Assembly: GCA_018673925.1 (NCBI GenBank)
Contig: JABHBL010000056.1
Coordinates: 69,256 to 133,255 of the forward strand
Direction: 5' to 3'
Source of the DNA: Fidelibacterota bacterium
Lineage (GTDB): Bacteria; Fidelibacterota; UBA8477; JABMPR01
DNA: 64,000 bases
How positions within the stretch are numbered: the stretch's first letter is position 1; each line of letters opens with the position of its first letter. The notes beneath the pieces are model-generated. The model had not been told where the DNA came from. It made no database searches and worked only from the letters and a program-made list of their open reading frames with translations. Below are positions 1 to 9,845 of this stretch, one piece after another. The translations under genes were made by a program, and so were the position numbers.

Positions 1-74
1 TTCATGATATCAAGTGGAATTAACTTATATTCAAATCGCTTCGCCAAAGTGAGTTTGAATAATTAGGAGGAAAC

Positions 75-653
75 ATGAAGATAGTGAAACTAAGTTTTTT
101 AATTGTACTGACCGCTTTGGTCATGCTCAACTGTTCAGGTGGAAAAGAAGTCATCGACATGCCCAAAGATGCAAATAATCCCAAGGGTCCCGCGGACTTA
201 CCAGATTGGTTTACCAATCCCCCTGAAGAAGATGATATGTATATCTATGCTGTTGGAATGGGCGAATCCAGAAAAATGGATTTAGCCATGGATAAAGCCA
301 AACAAGCTGGTAAGGTTGAGCTATCGGAAAGGCTTTCAGCCAAAGTCCAAAGCCAGGTAAAAAGCTTTACTCAAGAAGCTGGTATGACAGAAAACACCCA
401 GATCGTAGAGTTTTATCAATCCACTTCAAAAACAGTCACAGACAACACCTTGAATGGTGTAACAGTATTAAAGCGCTACCCCTATGAAAAATCGGGTGGC
501 TCCTGGATCGCATATGTACAGCTCGGTCTGAAAAAGGATGCCGTTAGCACTGCTGTGGTGAATGTTATTAAGAATGAAGAAGCGCTCTATGCGGAGTTCA
601 AAGCTTCACAGGCTTTTAAAGAATTAGAAGCTGCAATGGGTGACACTAAGTAG
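75..653 (+). CDS. Secreted lipoprotein, LPP20-like (putative)
   Basis: 192-aa ORF. AGGAGG RBS at 65-70. Signal peptide with lipobox-like LNC (MKIVKLSFLIVLTALVMLNCSG). Mature part resembles the LPP20 lipoprotein family by recollection (YIYAVGMGES...AMDKAKQAGKVELSERLSAKV). Confidence 0.6.
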   Translation: MKIVKLSFLIVLTALVMLNCSGGKEVIDMPKDANNPKGPADLPDWFTNPPEEDDMYIYAVGMGESRKMDLAMDKAKQAGKVELSERLSAKVQSQVKSFTQEAGMTENTQIVEFYQSTSKTVTDNTLNGVTVLKRYPYEKSGGSWIAYVQLGLKKDAVSTAVVNVIKNEEALYAEFKASQAFKELEAAMGDTK

Positions 654-673
654 TATTAGTTCTAGATTATTTT

Positions 674-705
674 AAAAAGGGCTGTCAACTGACAGCCCTT
701 TTTTT
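674..705. terminator. Bidirectional rho-independent terminator
   Basis: AAAAA-GGGCTGTC-aact-GACAGCCC-TTTTTTT: perfect 8-bp GC-rich stem flanked by A- and T-tracts. Lies between convergent genes ending at 653 (+) and 709 (-). Confidence 0.85.
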
Positions 706-708
706 GTA

Positions 709-1428
709 TCAATTCCCAATAAAACTGACCTTATCGAAAAATGCCTGCTTAAAGGAGTCACCGATGGGGATCTCTTTCCCCTCGATCTGAACAAACTGTT
801 TGTGAATTACTTCAATCCTGGGGATAGCCACCAAATAGGAACGGTGGATCTGGATGAATTCATCACTTGGTAATAGCTCAAGCAGTTGAGCAAAGGTCAT
901 CCGTGATAGCAATTCCTTGCCTTCGATCTTGAATATTGTGTAATGTCCATCTTTTTGGATGAGCGAGATCTTGCGGGTATCCACCTGGTGGATCTGTGAA
1001 CCACTCTTGATAAATATCTTATGATTGATTTTTCCTGCCTCAACATCATGACTCGGGGTAAAAGCGTCCCGTTTGGAAAATTTGTTAACCGCCGCCAAAA
1101 ACCGATCAAATGGGATGGGTTTGAGCAGGTAGTCCAGGGCTGGGATCTCATAGCTTTCCACGGCATGCTCGGAATAGGCCGTACAAAATATTACTGCTGT
1201 GCTGTCATCAGGGATCAATCTAGACAATTGAAGACCACTGAGATCCGGCATATTGATATCCATAAAGACTAGATCTACGCTGTTTTGTGAAAGATGGTTT
1301 AAAGCCTCAAGGGGATCGCTGAAGGAGGCGTCCAATTGTAACCAACTCACTTTGGAAACATACTTTTTCAGGACCTCAATGGCACCATGTTCGTCATCAA
1401 CTATGATACATCTAACCAGGCTGGTCAC
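709..1428 (-). CDS. LytR/AlgR-family response regulator (REC + LytTR DNA-binding domain)
   Basis: 239 aa. N-terminal receiver (IIVDDEHGAIEVL..., phospho-acceptor context FMDINMPD). C-terminal LytTR-like region (IFIKSGSQIHQVDTRKISLIQKDGHYT...IHRSYLV). 4-nt overlap with the upstream kinase gene. Confidence 0.9.
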   Translation of the reverse strand: MTSLVRCIIVDDEHGAIEVLKKYVSKVSWLQLDASFSDPLEALNHLSQNSVDLVFMDINMPDLSGLQLSRLIPDDSTAVIFCTAYSEHAVESYEIPALDYLLKPIPFDRFLAAVNKFSKRDAFTPSHDVEAGKINHKIFIKSGSQIHQVDTRKISLIQKDGHYTIFKIEGKELLSRMTFAQLLELLPSDEFIQIHRSYLVAIPRIEVIHKQFVQIEGKEIPIGDSFKQAFFDKVSFIGN

Positions 1429-2495
1429 AACTGAATCTCCAAATTTATGATGTATTCATCCTCTGATTCATTGATAATGAGTTTATGCCTTTCAGCATAA
1501 TGATGTTCCAATCGTCGTTTCACATTCTCAAGACCTATTCCCTTGTGGTCACTGGAAGCATGTCGTCCCAGGAATCGTGAATTCTCAACGGAAAAGCTGA
1601 GATTGTTTAATGAGATGTTCAGTAGGATGTGGATCCACCCCTTCCCCTGATTGTCAATTCCATGTTTGAAGGCATTTTCTACAAATGGTAGAAGTATGAG
1701 TGGTGCCACCTGAATAGCATCTGGAGAACCCTTAACCACCAGCTCAACCTCTGGCAGGTCATCCTTGCTATACTTGAGTAGCATAAGATCCATATAGTTC
1801 TGGAGGTGGTCTATCTCTTTTGGGAGGCCAGTCAAATTTCCTTCACTATCATATAGCATGTATCGCATGAGTCCAGAGAGACGTAATAATGCATCGCTGC
1901 CCTCCTGATCATCATGTCGCTGGGTAATGGCATAGATGTTATTCAAGGTATTAAACAGAAAATGAGGATTGATTTGGGAACGTAGATATTTCACTTCGGC
2001 GGCAAGGTTTTCCAGTTCCAGAAGCTCCTGACGACGCATCTGTTGATTGCGTTCACGCATGAGACCATAAAAGATGCCGGCAACCATCACCAGGATATTT
2101 CCTGAGAAAATGGTCAAATTCATGATCTCTTTGCGGGTGGTAAGCAACATCTTGTCTGATACTTCTCCTGGTGCAGTAGGTAAGTTGAACGCTCTCAGCG
2201 ACAGTTGGTCCCAGGTCCATTCCAAACCTGAACTCAACAGTAACAAACCCACGAATAAGCCGGTAACCTGTAGAAGATTTTTTGTGTCTAATCGTTTGGG
2301 GATAAGGGTGCGAGCCACCACCATGACCAGAACAACAGAAATCAGCATATCAAAGATGCGAACGGCATACAAACTTCCATCCAAATTATTGAATTCACCA
2401 TAGAAAACCGGCCTGGTAGCCGATTGAATCGGAGAAAAATAAACTACCCCGAAGAGCAGTATGAGTAGGACAGGTTCAATCCATTTACGTAACAT
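1425..2495 (-). CDS. Membrane sensor histidine kinase, LytS/YehU-type (His_kinase PF06580-like)
   Basis: 356 aa. Several N-terminal hydrophobic helices. Diagnostic H-box LRSQINPHFLFNTLNNI. HATPase region (FVENAFKHG, KGIGLENVKRRL). Confidence 0.88.
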   Translation of the reverse strand: MLRKWIEPVLLILLFGVVYFSPIQSATRPVFYGEFNNLDGSLYAVRIFDMLISVVLVMVVARTLIPKRLDTKNLLQVTGLFVGLLLLSSGLEWTWDQLSLRAFNLPTAPGEVSDKMLLTTRKEIMNLTIFSGNILVMVAGIFYGLMRERNQQMRRQELLELENLAAEVKYLRSQINPHFLFNTLNNIYAITQRHDDQEGSDALLRLSGLMRYMLYDSEGNLTGLPKEIDHLQNYMDLMLLKYSKDDLPEVELVVKGSPDAIQVAPLILLPFVENAFKHGIDNQGKGWIHILLNISLNNLSFSVENSRFLGRHASSDHKGIGLENVKRRLEHHYAERHKLIINESEDEYIINLEIQL

Positions 2496-2708
2496 AGTGA
2501 GTTAATATATCTTTTTTTTGCACTTCTTCGACCCCTAAGGCGGTCAATCCACCTTACCCTGGCACCAATAGCCCTTTGCATGGCATCAACTAGATATTGT
2601 CTAAATCAAATGATTCAGAGCCAGAATTCGAGGGGTTCATGCCATTAATCTCATTTGCTGTTTTTTTGCTCTATCTTCCCCAACATAAACATTGAAAAGG
2701 AGTCTAAC

Positions 2709-3500
2709 ATGACATCAAAGAAACACATACTACTTATACTACTCATTGGTCTTTTTGCCCTGTCAGCAGTAGCCCAGGAAAAAAAGGTCATTATTCACAA
2801 AAAACCCCACGGGGATGAAATTCACAAGGAAGTCTTTATCACTGAGGATGGCGAGGTGTCTGATTCAGCTTTGACAAAGATTTTTGTACGCAGAATGCCC
2901 AGGCATGAGCAAAAGGTTGCACGGATCGTCATCAAAAAATCAGGGTTCTTTAAAAAGAATAAGATCGTTATCGATTTTGACCCCATGACTAAAAAGATCA
3001 TGAACGTTTTGGATAATGGGAAGGAGATGCCCGAAAAGAAATTCCATAAATATCAGGAATACATGGAGGACGCCACTGAAATGGCTCCACTGGAAGCCCT
3101 CCACCCTGCCATGGAAGAGATGGATCTCAAGATTGAATTGGGAGAACTCCCTTCCCTCGAGGGTTTGGAAGGCCTAGACTCCCTGATTGTTCATCTTGAA
3201 GCTCTTGAGTCAGCACACGCTGTTATTAAGAAGGAACACTACAAATCCATTAAACATGTCATCGAGTTAGATAACCTGGCTGAGACCATTCAAAACATCC
3301 TGGCGGAAAGTGGCGCTACACCTCCTCAAAAAATTGAAACCATCTCGATTAAAAAGGGCATGTTTTATGTCAATGGCGATGAAATAAAAGGTGAGGCTGG
3401 CAAAAAATGTATTCAAGCCTATATGGCCAATTCAGATCTTACTCCTGAAGACATGGAAAAAAAGAGCGAAGAGATCAGCATTAAAATTCGCTTCGACTGA
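2709..3500 (+). CDS. Hypothetical secreted protein
   Basis: The ORF-track ORF starts at 2655. ATG at 2709 is preferred because AAAGGAG sits 6 nt upstream. Signal peptide MTSKKHILLILLIGLFALSAVAQE. Acidic, helical, no recognised domain. Confidence 0.6.
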   Translation: MTSKKHILLILLIGLFALSAVAQEKKVIIHKKPHGDEIHKEVFITEDGEVSDSALTKIFVRRMPRHEQKVARIVIKKSGFFKKNKIVIDFDPMTKKIMNVLDNGKEMPEKKFHKYQEYMEDATEMAPLEALHPAMEEMDLKIELGELPSLEGLEGLDSLIVHLEALESAHAVIKKEHYKSIKHVIELDNLAETIQNILAESGATPPQKIETISIKKGMFYVNGDEIKGEAGKKCIQAYMANSDLTPEDMEKKSEEISIKIRFD

Positions 3501-3556
3501 TCTACTGAATAAATATTCTTCCACTAACGCAGGATCAATTCGGGGTCTGGCGTTTG

Positions 3557-3589
3557 AAAACCGTCCTTGAGGGGCGGTTTTCTATTTTT
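3557..3589. terminator. Bidirectional rho-independent terminator
   Basis: AAAACCGTCC-ttgag-GGGCGGTTTT stem (one G-U pair) followed by a T-rich tract. Sits between convergent genes; its T-tract overlaps the stop codon of the minus-strand ORF at 3582. Confidence 0.65.
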
Positions 3590-3812
3590 GCCTCAGGTCT
3601 TTTTCATTCCCAAATTTATACTGACCCGTGACTCTGGCCATTATCAGCTGAGAGCCGGATTCATCAGCTGATTCAATCTTTGAAAGAAAACGAATTGCTT
3701 CCTTGCCGCGCAACGTGGTAGCGAGTTTGCTTGATCTGAAAATTCTGACCTTACCATCCTTACTCGCCAGATAGGAGAAGGGGTTTTCAGTCAGTGAGTC
3801 ATTTACTGCCAT
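3582..3812 (-). CDS. Small hypothetical protein (76 aa)
   Basis: ORF 15 nt downstream of the 206-aa ORF, on the same strand. No motif recognised. Confidence 0.45.
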   Translation of the reverse strand: MAVNDSLTENPFSYLASKDGKVRIFRSSKLATTLRGKEAIRFLSKIESADESGSQLIMARVTGQYKFGNEKDLRQK

Positions 3813-3827
3813 TTATACCCTAAAATC

Positions 3828-4448
3828 CTATTGGTCCAGACTCATCATTAAGAATCCAGTAAAAGCAGCATTATTGGGTGCCAACCGACTATCAACCTTG
3901 GTTTTCATTTCATTTATGATAGACCTGAATTCTTTATAAAACTCCCAACTGGGACGTGGCTTGTAAACCAGGGTGCCCAGCTCAAACTGCTGGATCACAC
4001 CCTTCGCAGTGGTTGGTTTAACAAAAACCTCATCATAAGGTTTATGATAAACGGGGAGTACGGAAATCAGGGACCACTTTGCCATTTTCCCGCTGATGAG
4101 GACATCCAGCATCATGTTGAATCCCTGTTCCTGATTGCCATGGAGCATTTCTCTTAGTCCATTTGCCAGGATTGTCTCATGCTGATTATGGAGACTATTT
4201 ACAAAATCTCTAAATTTAGGTTTTTCGAAGAGGCTGACCATGGATGACCGACTCACCAGTTTACTCATGGCCTGAACAATTGCTTTTGAATTTCCAAATT
4301 GATCTTCTGAAAACTCCTCTTGAACCGTGGTAATCATCTTATCCATCTTATGTTTTTTACCGATGGCTACCATATCGGGGTGTTCAAATCCGCCTGGATA
4401 CATGTTAAAAAACTTTGCTTCTGCCTGTTCTAATTTGTCAAGATTCAT
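3828..4448 (-). CDS. Hypothetical protein (206 aa)
   Basis: Long uninterrupted ORF, no signal peptide, no motif recognised. Forms a two-gene unit with 3582-3812. Confidence 0.55.
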   Translation of the reverse strand: MNLDKLEQAEAKFFNMYPGGFEHPDMVAIGKKHKMDKMITTVQEEFSEDQFGNSKAIVQAMSKLVSRSSMVSLFEKPKFRDFVNSLHNQHETILANGLREMLHGNQEQGFNMMLDVLISGKMAKWSLISVLPVYHKPYDEVFVKPTTAKGVIQQFELGTLVYKPRPSWEFYKEFRSIINEMKTKVDSRLAPNNAAFTGFLMMSLDQ

Positions 4449-4594
4449 ATTTTCGTTCTCCTAGCATCATATCATTCATCTGAGCAGTCCAAACATTTAA
4501 TTATTTTGAGAAGATAAACCATAAGGAACAAATATTATCACAATTCGTAGGTCATTCATGTATATTCACAAGTCTAAGGTATGAAGGAGCATTA

Positions 4595-5536
4595 ATGAGA
4601 TATAAGTGGTTTCCCAAACAGATATCCAAGTCCATTTCCATCCTTAGTTTAACTTTATTTTTCTTTAACTGCAATCAAGCGCAGGAGCCTATGAAATACA
4701 ATAAACTGACCCCTGAAGAGCAACGGGTGATTCTCAATAAAGGCACTGAAAAACCCTTCAGTGGAAAATTCGAACATCATGAAGAAACAGGGACCTATAC
4801 CTGTAAACAGTGTGACGCCCCTCTCTATCGTTCCGGAGATAAATTTGATGCTCAGTGCGGCTGGCCCAGTTTTGATGATGAAATACCTGGTGCAGTAAAG
4901 CGAGTGACAGACGCCGATGGTCGCAGAACAGAAATTCTTTGTGCCAACTGTGATGGTCATCTCGGTCACGTGTTTTTGGGTGAAGGATTTACATCAAAGA
5001 ATACTCGACATTGTGTCAACTCAATTTCTCTGAATTTTGAACCAGTGGAGATCAACATGGAAAAAGCAATTTTCGCATCGGGGTGCTTCTGGGGTGTAGA
5101 GTATCAACTTCAAAAAGTAGATGGCGTCATTTCAACCAGCGTAGGATATACCGGTGGATTTTTACCCAACCCAACCTATAAACAGGTTTGTACTGGAACC
5201 ACCGGACATGCAGAAGCTGTAGAAGTTGTATTCGACCCGAAAAAAGTAAGCTATGAAACTTTAACCAGATTATTCTTTGAGACCCACGACCCCACCCAGG
5301 TTGATGGCCAGGGACCGGATATTGGTACACAATATCGATCAGAAATTTTTTATCTCTCTGATGATCAGAAAGTCACTGCGGAAAGGCTGGTCAAACTCCT
5401 GGAAGCTAAAGGTTTGGATGTTGCTACAGCATTGTCACCAGCTGTAGAGTTTTTCCATGGTGAAGATTATCATCAAGACTACTATATCAAGTCTGGTGGT
5501 ACACCCTACTGTCACGCCTACACCAAGAGGTTTTGA
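4595..5536 (+). CDS. msrAB: Fused peptide-methionine sulfoxide reductase MsrB-MsrA with signal peptide
   Basis: GAAGGAG RBS. N-terminal half is MsrB/SelR (CKQCDAPLY...CGWPSF...CANCDGHLGHVF...RHCVNS). C-terminal half is MsrA (AIFASGCFWGVEY). Both catalytic residues are Cys, not UGA. Confidence 0.92.
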   Translation: MRYKWFPKQISKSISILSLTLFFFNCNQAQEPMKYNKLTPEEQRVILNKGTEKPFSGKFEHHEETGTYTCKQCDAPLYRSGDKFDAQCGWPSFDDEIPGAVKRVTDADGRRTEILCANCDGHLGHVFLGEGFTSKNTRHCVNSISLNFEPVEINMEKAIFASGCFWGVEYQLQKVDGVISTSVGYTGGFLPNPTYKQVCTGTTGHAEAVEVVFDPKKVSYETLTRLFFETHDPTQVDGQGPDIGTQYRSEIFYLSDDQKVTAERLVKLLEAKGLDVATALSPAVEFFHGEDYHQDYYIKSGGTPYCHAYTKRF

Positions 5537-5552
5537 GTCAATATTCTTTAAA

Positions 5553-7145
5553 CTAGGATTTGTCTATTTCAACATCTCCATAGAGTTTTTGAAGCCTGAC
5601 CAATTCCTGTTTGGTTTCCTGAACGACTTTCGTGTAGGCTGGATCTGAGTATACATTGTTCATCTCGGAGGGGTCTTTCTCCAGATCAAACAGCTCCCAA
5701 AAACCATCTTCCTCATAGTAGTGAATCAACTTATAGCGTTCTGTACGAACACCATAATGTCGTCTCACATCATGCCAACCATGGGGATGCTCATAGTAGT
5801 GATAGTATATGGAATCACGCCAGTTTTCAGGCTCATTACCCCTGACGATACCCCGTAATGAATGCCCCTGCATCTCAGCTGGGATGGCAACCCCAGCAAA
5901 ATCAAGGAAGGTGGATGAAAAATCCAGATTCATAACCATGTTATCCGCAACCTGACCTGGCTGAATCTCCTGGGGATAGCGCATTACCAGAGGCATGCTT
6001 AAGGATTCTTCATACATAAATCGTTTGTCATACCAGCCATGTTCACCAAGATAAAAACCTTGATCTGACGTGTACACCACAAGTGTGTTCTCCGTCAGGT
6101 CATTTTGATCAAGATAGTCAAGAACACGACCAACATTTTCATCAACTGATAAGATGCAACGTAGATAATCTTTGAGATAATGCTGATACTTCCAGTTTAG
6201 TAATTCATCACCTGTCAGTTTGAGACGCTTAAATTCCTCATTTACCTTATCATAATGGGCATCCCAACCAGTCTTCTGCTCATCCGTCATCCTGTCATAG
6301 GTCCGTTTCCAGGTCTCAGTAACTTTTTCTGCAAAAGACCTCTTGCCACCAGATCCTGTCTCTTCTTCAATTGACTCGGAGTGGAGCTTCATATCGAAAG
6401 TGAGATACATATCATCGATGCGCATATCAGCTTCACCGGCTGCGATACGACCGACATATTCATCATGGAAATTTGCCGGTAGCGGAATTTCCTGGTTTTT
6501 ATAGGCATTCAGATGTTTCAGATTCGGCATCCAGTTACGATGAGGTGCCTTGTGGTGAATCAGCATACAAAACGGTTTTGATTTATCCAACTTGTCCAGA
6601 GTCTCAATGGCCTGATCTGTGATAATATCAGTAGTATAACCGATGTGGTTTTTCTTTTCTCCATTTTCTGTAAAATCAGGATTGTAGTATTGCCCCTGAC
6701 CTTTGAGGATATTCCAATAATCAAAACCGGTTGGTTCTGTCTTTAGATGCCATTTTCCTATAATTGATGTGTGATAGCCAGCCTGTTGTAGCAGTTTAGG
6801 AAAGGTGAGCTGACTGCCATCAAAGGTACAGCTATGATCCAACATCCCATTCAGATGTGAATACTTACCTGTGAGCAGGGTGGCTCGGCTGGGACCGCAG
6901 ATAGAATTGGTGACGAAACTGTTTTGGAAGCGGATCCCTTCAGATGCAATACGATCAATGTTGGGGGTGTGTATCAACGTATCATTATAGCAACTGATGG
7001 CCCTCTCTGCGTGGTCATCACTCATAATGAAAATAATGTTGGGGCGATCCTTCTTCATGCATGAATTCAAGAATAAGTTTGGTGCCATCAAGGCTGTGGT
7101 ACCCATACCAACGGATTTTAGAAATTCCCTGCGTGTTGTTTTCAT
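5553..7145 (-). CDS. Sulfatase (Cys-type formylglycine enzyme) with Tat signal
   Basis: Twin-arginine signal RREFLKSVGMG. SDDH metal site. CGPSRATLLTGK matches the C-x-P-x-R formylglycine motif. Confidence 0.9.
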   Translation of the reverse strand: MKTTRREFLKSVGMGTTALMAPNLFLNSCMKKDRPNIIFIMSDDHAERAISCYNDTLIHTPNIDRIASEGIRFQNSFVTNSICGPSRATLLTGKYSHLNGMLDHSCTFDGSQLTFPKLLQQAGYHTSIIGKWHLKTEPTGFDYWNILKGQGQYYNPDFTENGEKKNHIGYTTDIITDQAIETLDKLDKSKPFCMLIHHKAPHRNWMPNLKHLNAYKNQEIPLPANFHDEYVGRIAAGEADMRIDDMYLTFDMKLHSESIEEETGSGGKRSFAEKVTETWKRTYDRMTDEQKTGWDAHYDKVNEEFKRLKLTGDELLNWKYQHYLKDYLRCILSVDENVGRVLDYLDQNDLTENTLVVYTSDQGFYLGEHGWYDKRFMYEESLSMPLVMRYPQEIQPGQVADNMVMNLDFSSTFLDFAGVAIPAEMQGHSLRGIVRGNEPENWRDSIYYHYYEHPHGWHDVRRHYGVRTERYKLIHYYEEDGFWELFDLEKDPSEMNNVYSDPAYTKVVQETKQELVRLQKLYGDVEIDKS

Positions 7146-7217
7146 AGACTCCCCTTTGTCATACTGTCTAAAAAGACAGCTTATCCAATTCTTGAAATCT
7201 TCAAATTTCGATTCAGC

Positions 7218-8432
7218 TTAATTAAGCTTTCCTGCAATAAATGCTGTGGTCCAGGCTGCTTGAAAGTTGTATCCGCCGGTAATACCGTCAATGTCCAGGA
7301 TTTCCCCGGCAAAATATAGATTCTCACACACCTTGCTTTGCATGGTTTTACCATCAATACTGTCAAGACTCACCCCTCCACAGGTCACAAACTCATCCTT
7401 AAAACCTGTTTTTCCAGACACTGAATATGAGTCGTTGGTGAGTGTGGCGACCAACTTATTGAGTCCCTTGTTACCAAGCTCACTCCATCTCTTGGTCTGA
7501 GGAATTCCACTTTTATTAAGCAGATAACGCCACAATCTATCCGGCAGACCAAAGGGTTTTATATTGGGTAAAAGCTTACGAGCATGTTCAATAATCACTT
7601 CGTTTAAATGACTTAAAACGAGTTCATGATTGGTCTGATCCAGCCAATTAACCCTAACATAAAAGTTATAGTCTCTTTCACTGAAGATTCTGGCACCAAA
7701 AGCTGAAAGTTTCAGAATTGCTGGTCCACTAAGGCCCCAGTGCGTAATGAGCAAAGGTCCCCTTGTTTTCAAACTGGTTCCGGGGATACTGATAAGCACA
7801 GGATCAACAGCAACACCTGATAATTCCACAATGGCTTCATTGGGCATATTAAAGGTGAAAAGAGAAGGCACAGGCGCAACGATCTCATGCCCAAGTTTTT
7901 CTATCCACTCAAGGCCTTCGGATCTAGGTGATCCACCACTTGCCAGGATGACCTTATCAAAAATTCTGGGAGGTAAATCCTGTCTGGAAAAACTTAACTC
8001 TAGACGTTTACCCTTTCGAGAAACCGTTTCTATCCCGGACCAATATTCACAAATTATGCCCTGAGCTTCAGCCTGATCTAGAAGACAATTGACAATACTG
8101 GTTGAATCCTGAGATACGGGGAAGACACGCATATCCTCTTGAATAAAAAGTGGTACATCTCTTGATTCAAACCACTCCATGGTATGTTTTGTATTAAATG
8201 TCCTCAAGGCTCGTTTCATGAGAGCCTTTCCGCGTGGATAACCAGCAGCTAAAGTACTGATGGATGTGTTTCCATTGGTGACATTACATCTGCCTCCTCC
8301 GGAAATTTTGACCTTAGCCAGGGAGAACCGTGTCTTTTCAAAAATTATGACATCAGCATCTGGAAAATTTTCTTTGACTGATATGGCCGAAAAGTAGCCT
8401 GCTGCTCCTCCCCCTATGATGGCAACATCCAC
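7218..8432 (-). CDS. HI0933/YhiN (BaiN-like) family NAD(P)/FAD-dependent oxidoreductase
   Basis: N-terminal dinucleotide fold DVAIIGGGAAGYF. Family hallmark SGGGRCNVTN. C-terminal ENLYFAGEILDIDGITGGYNFQ. Confidence 0.85.
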   Translation of the reverse strand: MDVAIIGGGAAGYFSAISVKENFPDADVIIFEKTRFSLAKVKISGGGRCNVTNGNTSISTLAAGYPRGKALMKRALRTFNTKHTMEWFESRDVPLFIQEDMRVFPVSQDSTSIVNCLLDQAEAQGIICEYWSGIETVSRKGKRLELSFSRQDLPPRIFDKVILASGGSPRSEGLEWIEKLGHEIVAPVPSLFTFNMPNEAIVELSGVAVDPVLISIPGTSLKTRGPLLITHWGLSGPAILKLSAFGARIFSERDYNFYVRVNWLDQTNHELVLSHLNEVIIEHARKLLPNIKPFGLPDRLWRYLLNKSGIPQTKRWSELGNKGLNKLVATLTNDSYSVSGKTGFKDEFVTCGGVSLDSIDGKTMQSKVCENLYFAGEILDIDGITGGYNFQAAWTTAFIAGKLN

Positions 8433-8448
8433 GTCAAGACCCTTGCAT

Positions 8449-9159
8449 TTATTTATTTAGGAGGTGTTGGAAATAACTAGGAATCTTGGCTTCAAAGGTC
8501 ATTCTTTGTTTTGTGCCGGGGTGTTTGATATTGATTGAGCCTGCGTGGAGGGTCAACCTCTTGATACCCTTTGCACTATCTCCATAGACCTTGTCGCCAG
8601 CTACGGGGCAGTCAATATCAGCGAATTGAACGCGAATTTGATTTTTTCGACCAGTGATTAAATCAATTTCAACCAGACTGTATCTTTTAGATTCCTGGAG
8701 AACTTTGTAGCCGGTCTTGGCCAGCTTTCCCACTTTTTGATCCTCGGTGGAATACATTTTATGAACCACATTTTCTGCCAGATATGAAGAAAGCACACCC
8801 TCTTTCTCAGCAAGATTTCCATGGATCACAGCATAGTATTTTTTGCTGAAGTTTTTCCATTCATCCTGAAGATAACGCTTATTCTTTTCACTTTTTGCAA
8901 AGACCAAAACACCTGAAGTATCCCTATCTAATCGGTGAACGATATAGATGCGTTTTCGAGATTTTGGATTCCCCTTGCGCACATAATTATTCAACGCAAA
9001 ATATGCTGTTCGATCACGAGTTTTAGCATTACTCATGGACAAAAGACCACTCATCTTATCGACAACTAGAATATCATCGTCTTCAAATAAAATGGTGAGC
9101 CCTCTTGGCTGGTGACGCTTAGAAGGTTTTTTAGTTTTCCTGGTTTCGAAGGGATCCAT
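8449..9159 (-). CDS. RluA-family pseudouridine synthase
   Basis: Catalytic motif HRLDRDTSGVLVFAKS. Conserved GRKNQIRVQ. Confidence 0.85.
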   Translation of the reverse strand: MDPFETRKTKKPSKRHQPRGLTILFEDDDILVVDKMSGLLSMSNAKTRDRTAYFALNNYVRKGNPKSRKRIYIVHRLDRDTSGVLVFAKSEKNKRYLQDEWKNFSKKYYAVIHGNLAEKEGVLSSYLAENVVHKMYSTEDQKVGKLAKTGYKVLQESKRYSLVEIDLITGRKNQIRVQFADIDCPVAGDKVYGDSAKGIKRLTLHAGSINIKHPGTKQRMTFEAKIPSYFQHLLNK

Positions 9160-9186
9160 GGCTTTTGAATTAACCTCAATTATGTT

Positions 9187-9753
9187 TTAAGAATCTGTAG
9201 GTTCCTGGAAATAGTCTCTTTTGAAATAGACGTAGGCCACAAAACCCCACCATGCGATGAGCGTGGCGACGACAGTCAAGGCAGATGCCTGAGCTACAAG
9301 CTCTTCTCCCCCGGCACCCATCAATTCACCATAATCACTTAAGAGACTGGAGGTAGCTTGACCATACATGAGGAAGAGAAGTCTATCAACTGAATAAATC
9401 AGAGTTCCTGTTAACATCATCTGAAAACCCCAGGATTTTGCCGTCCATAAACCTAAACCCATACCCCCATATATACCGCTATACAGGAGATGGTATATCA
9501 GGGCAACAATTCCACTACGCTCAGCACCAAACAAGGCAACTGGGGAAACAATTGATGCGAGCTCTGCCAGAGCGGAAAGACCAAAAAAGAAACCTGCAAA
9601 TCGCATGGTAAAACGTGGTCCAGTAATACCTCCGGTCTCAGAACTTTTTCCTGAAGAAGGTGGTATCCAGAGATCATTTTCTTTCATGGCTGAACAGTAG
9701 CGACAAAATATTGCATCATCCTGGATTTCTTCAGCGCAGTAGGGACATTTCAT
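9187..9753 (-). CDS. Zinc-ribbon membrane protein
   Basis: N-terminal CPYC...CRYC zinc ribbon followed by about 4 hydrophobic helices. Confidence 0.6.
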   Translation of the reverse strand: MKCPYCAEEIQDDAIFCRYCSAMKENDLWIPPSSGKSSETGGITGPRFTMRFAGFFFGLSALAELASIVSPVALFGAERSGIVALIYHLLYSGIYGGMGLGLWTAKSWGFQMMLTGTLIYSVDRLLFLMYGQATSSLLSDYGELMGAGGEELVAQASALTVVATLIAWWGFVAYVYFKRDYFQEPTDS

Positions 9754-9845
9754 TCAACACACCTCGTAATTTGGTGAGAGTATAATATTATTTCCCCCGT
9801 ATTCCTCTATGAAGCTTGGTCTCAGGAAGGAAAAAATAAAAGTTT

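Noticed and set aside
3810-3830. ORFs 3828-4448 and 3582-3812 are in the same frame, so this could be a recoded or split gene.
   Set aside because: The upstream ORF stops at TAG (not TGA), and a second stop (TAA) lies in the 15-nt gap. I treated them as separate genes.
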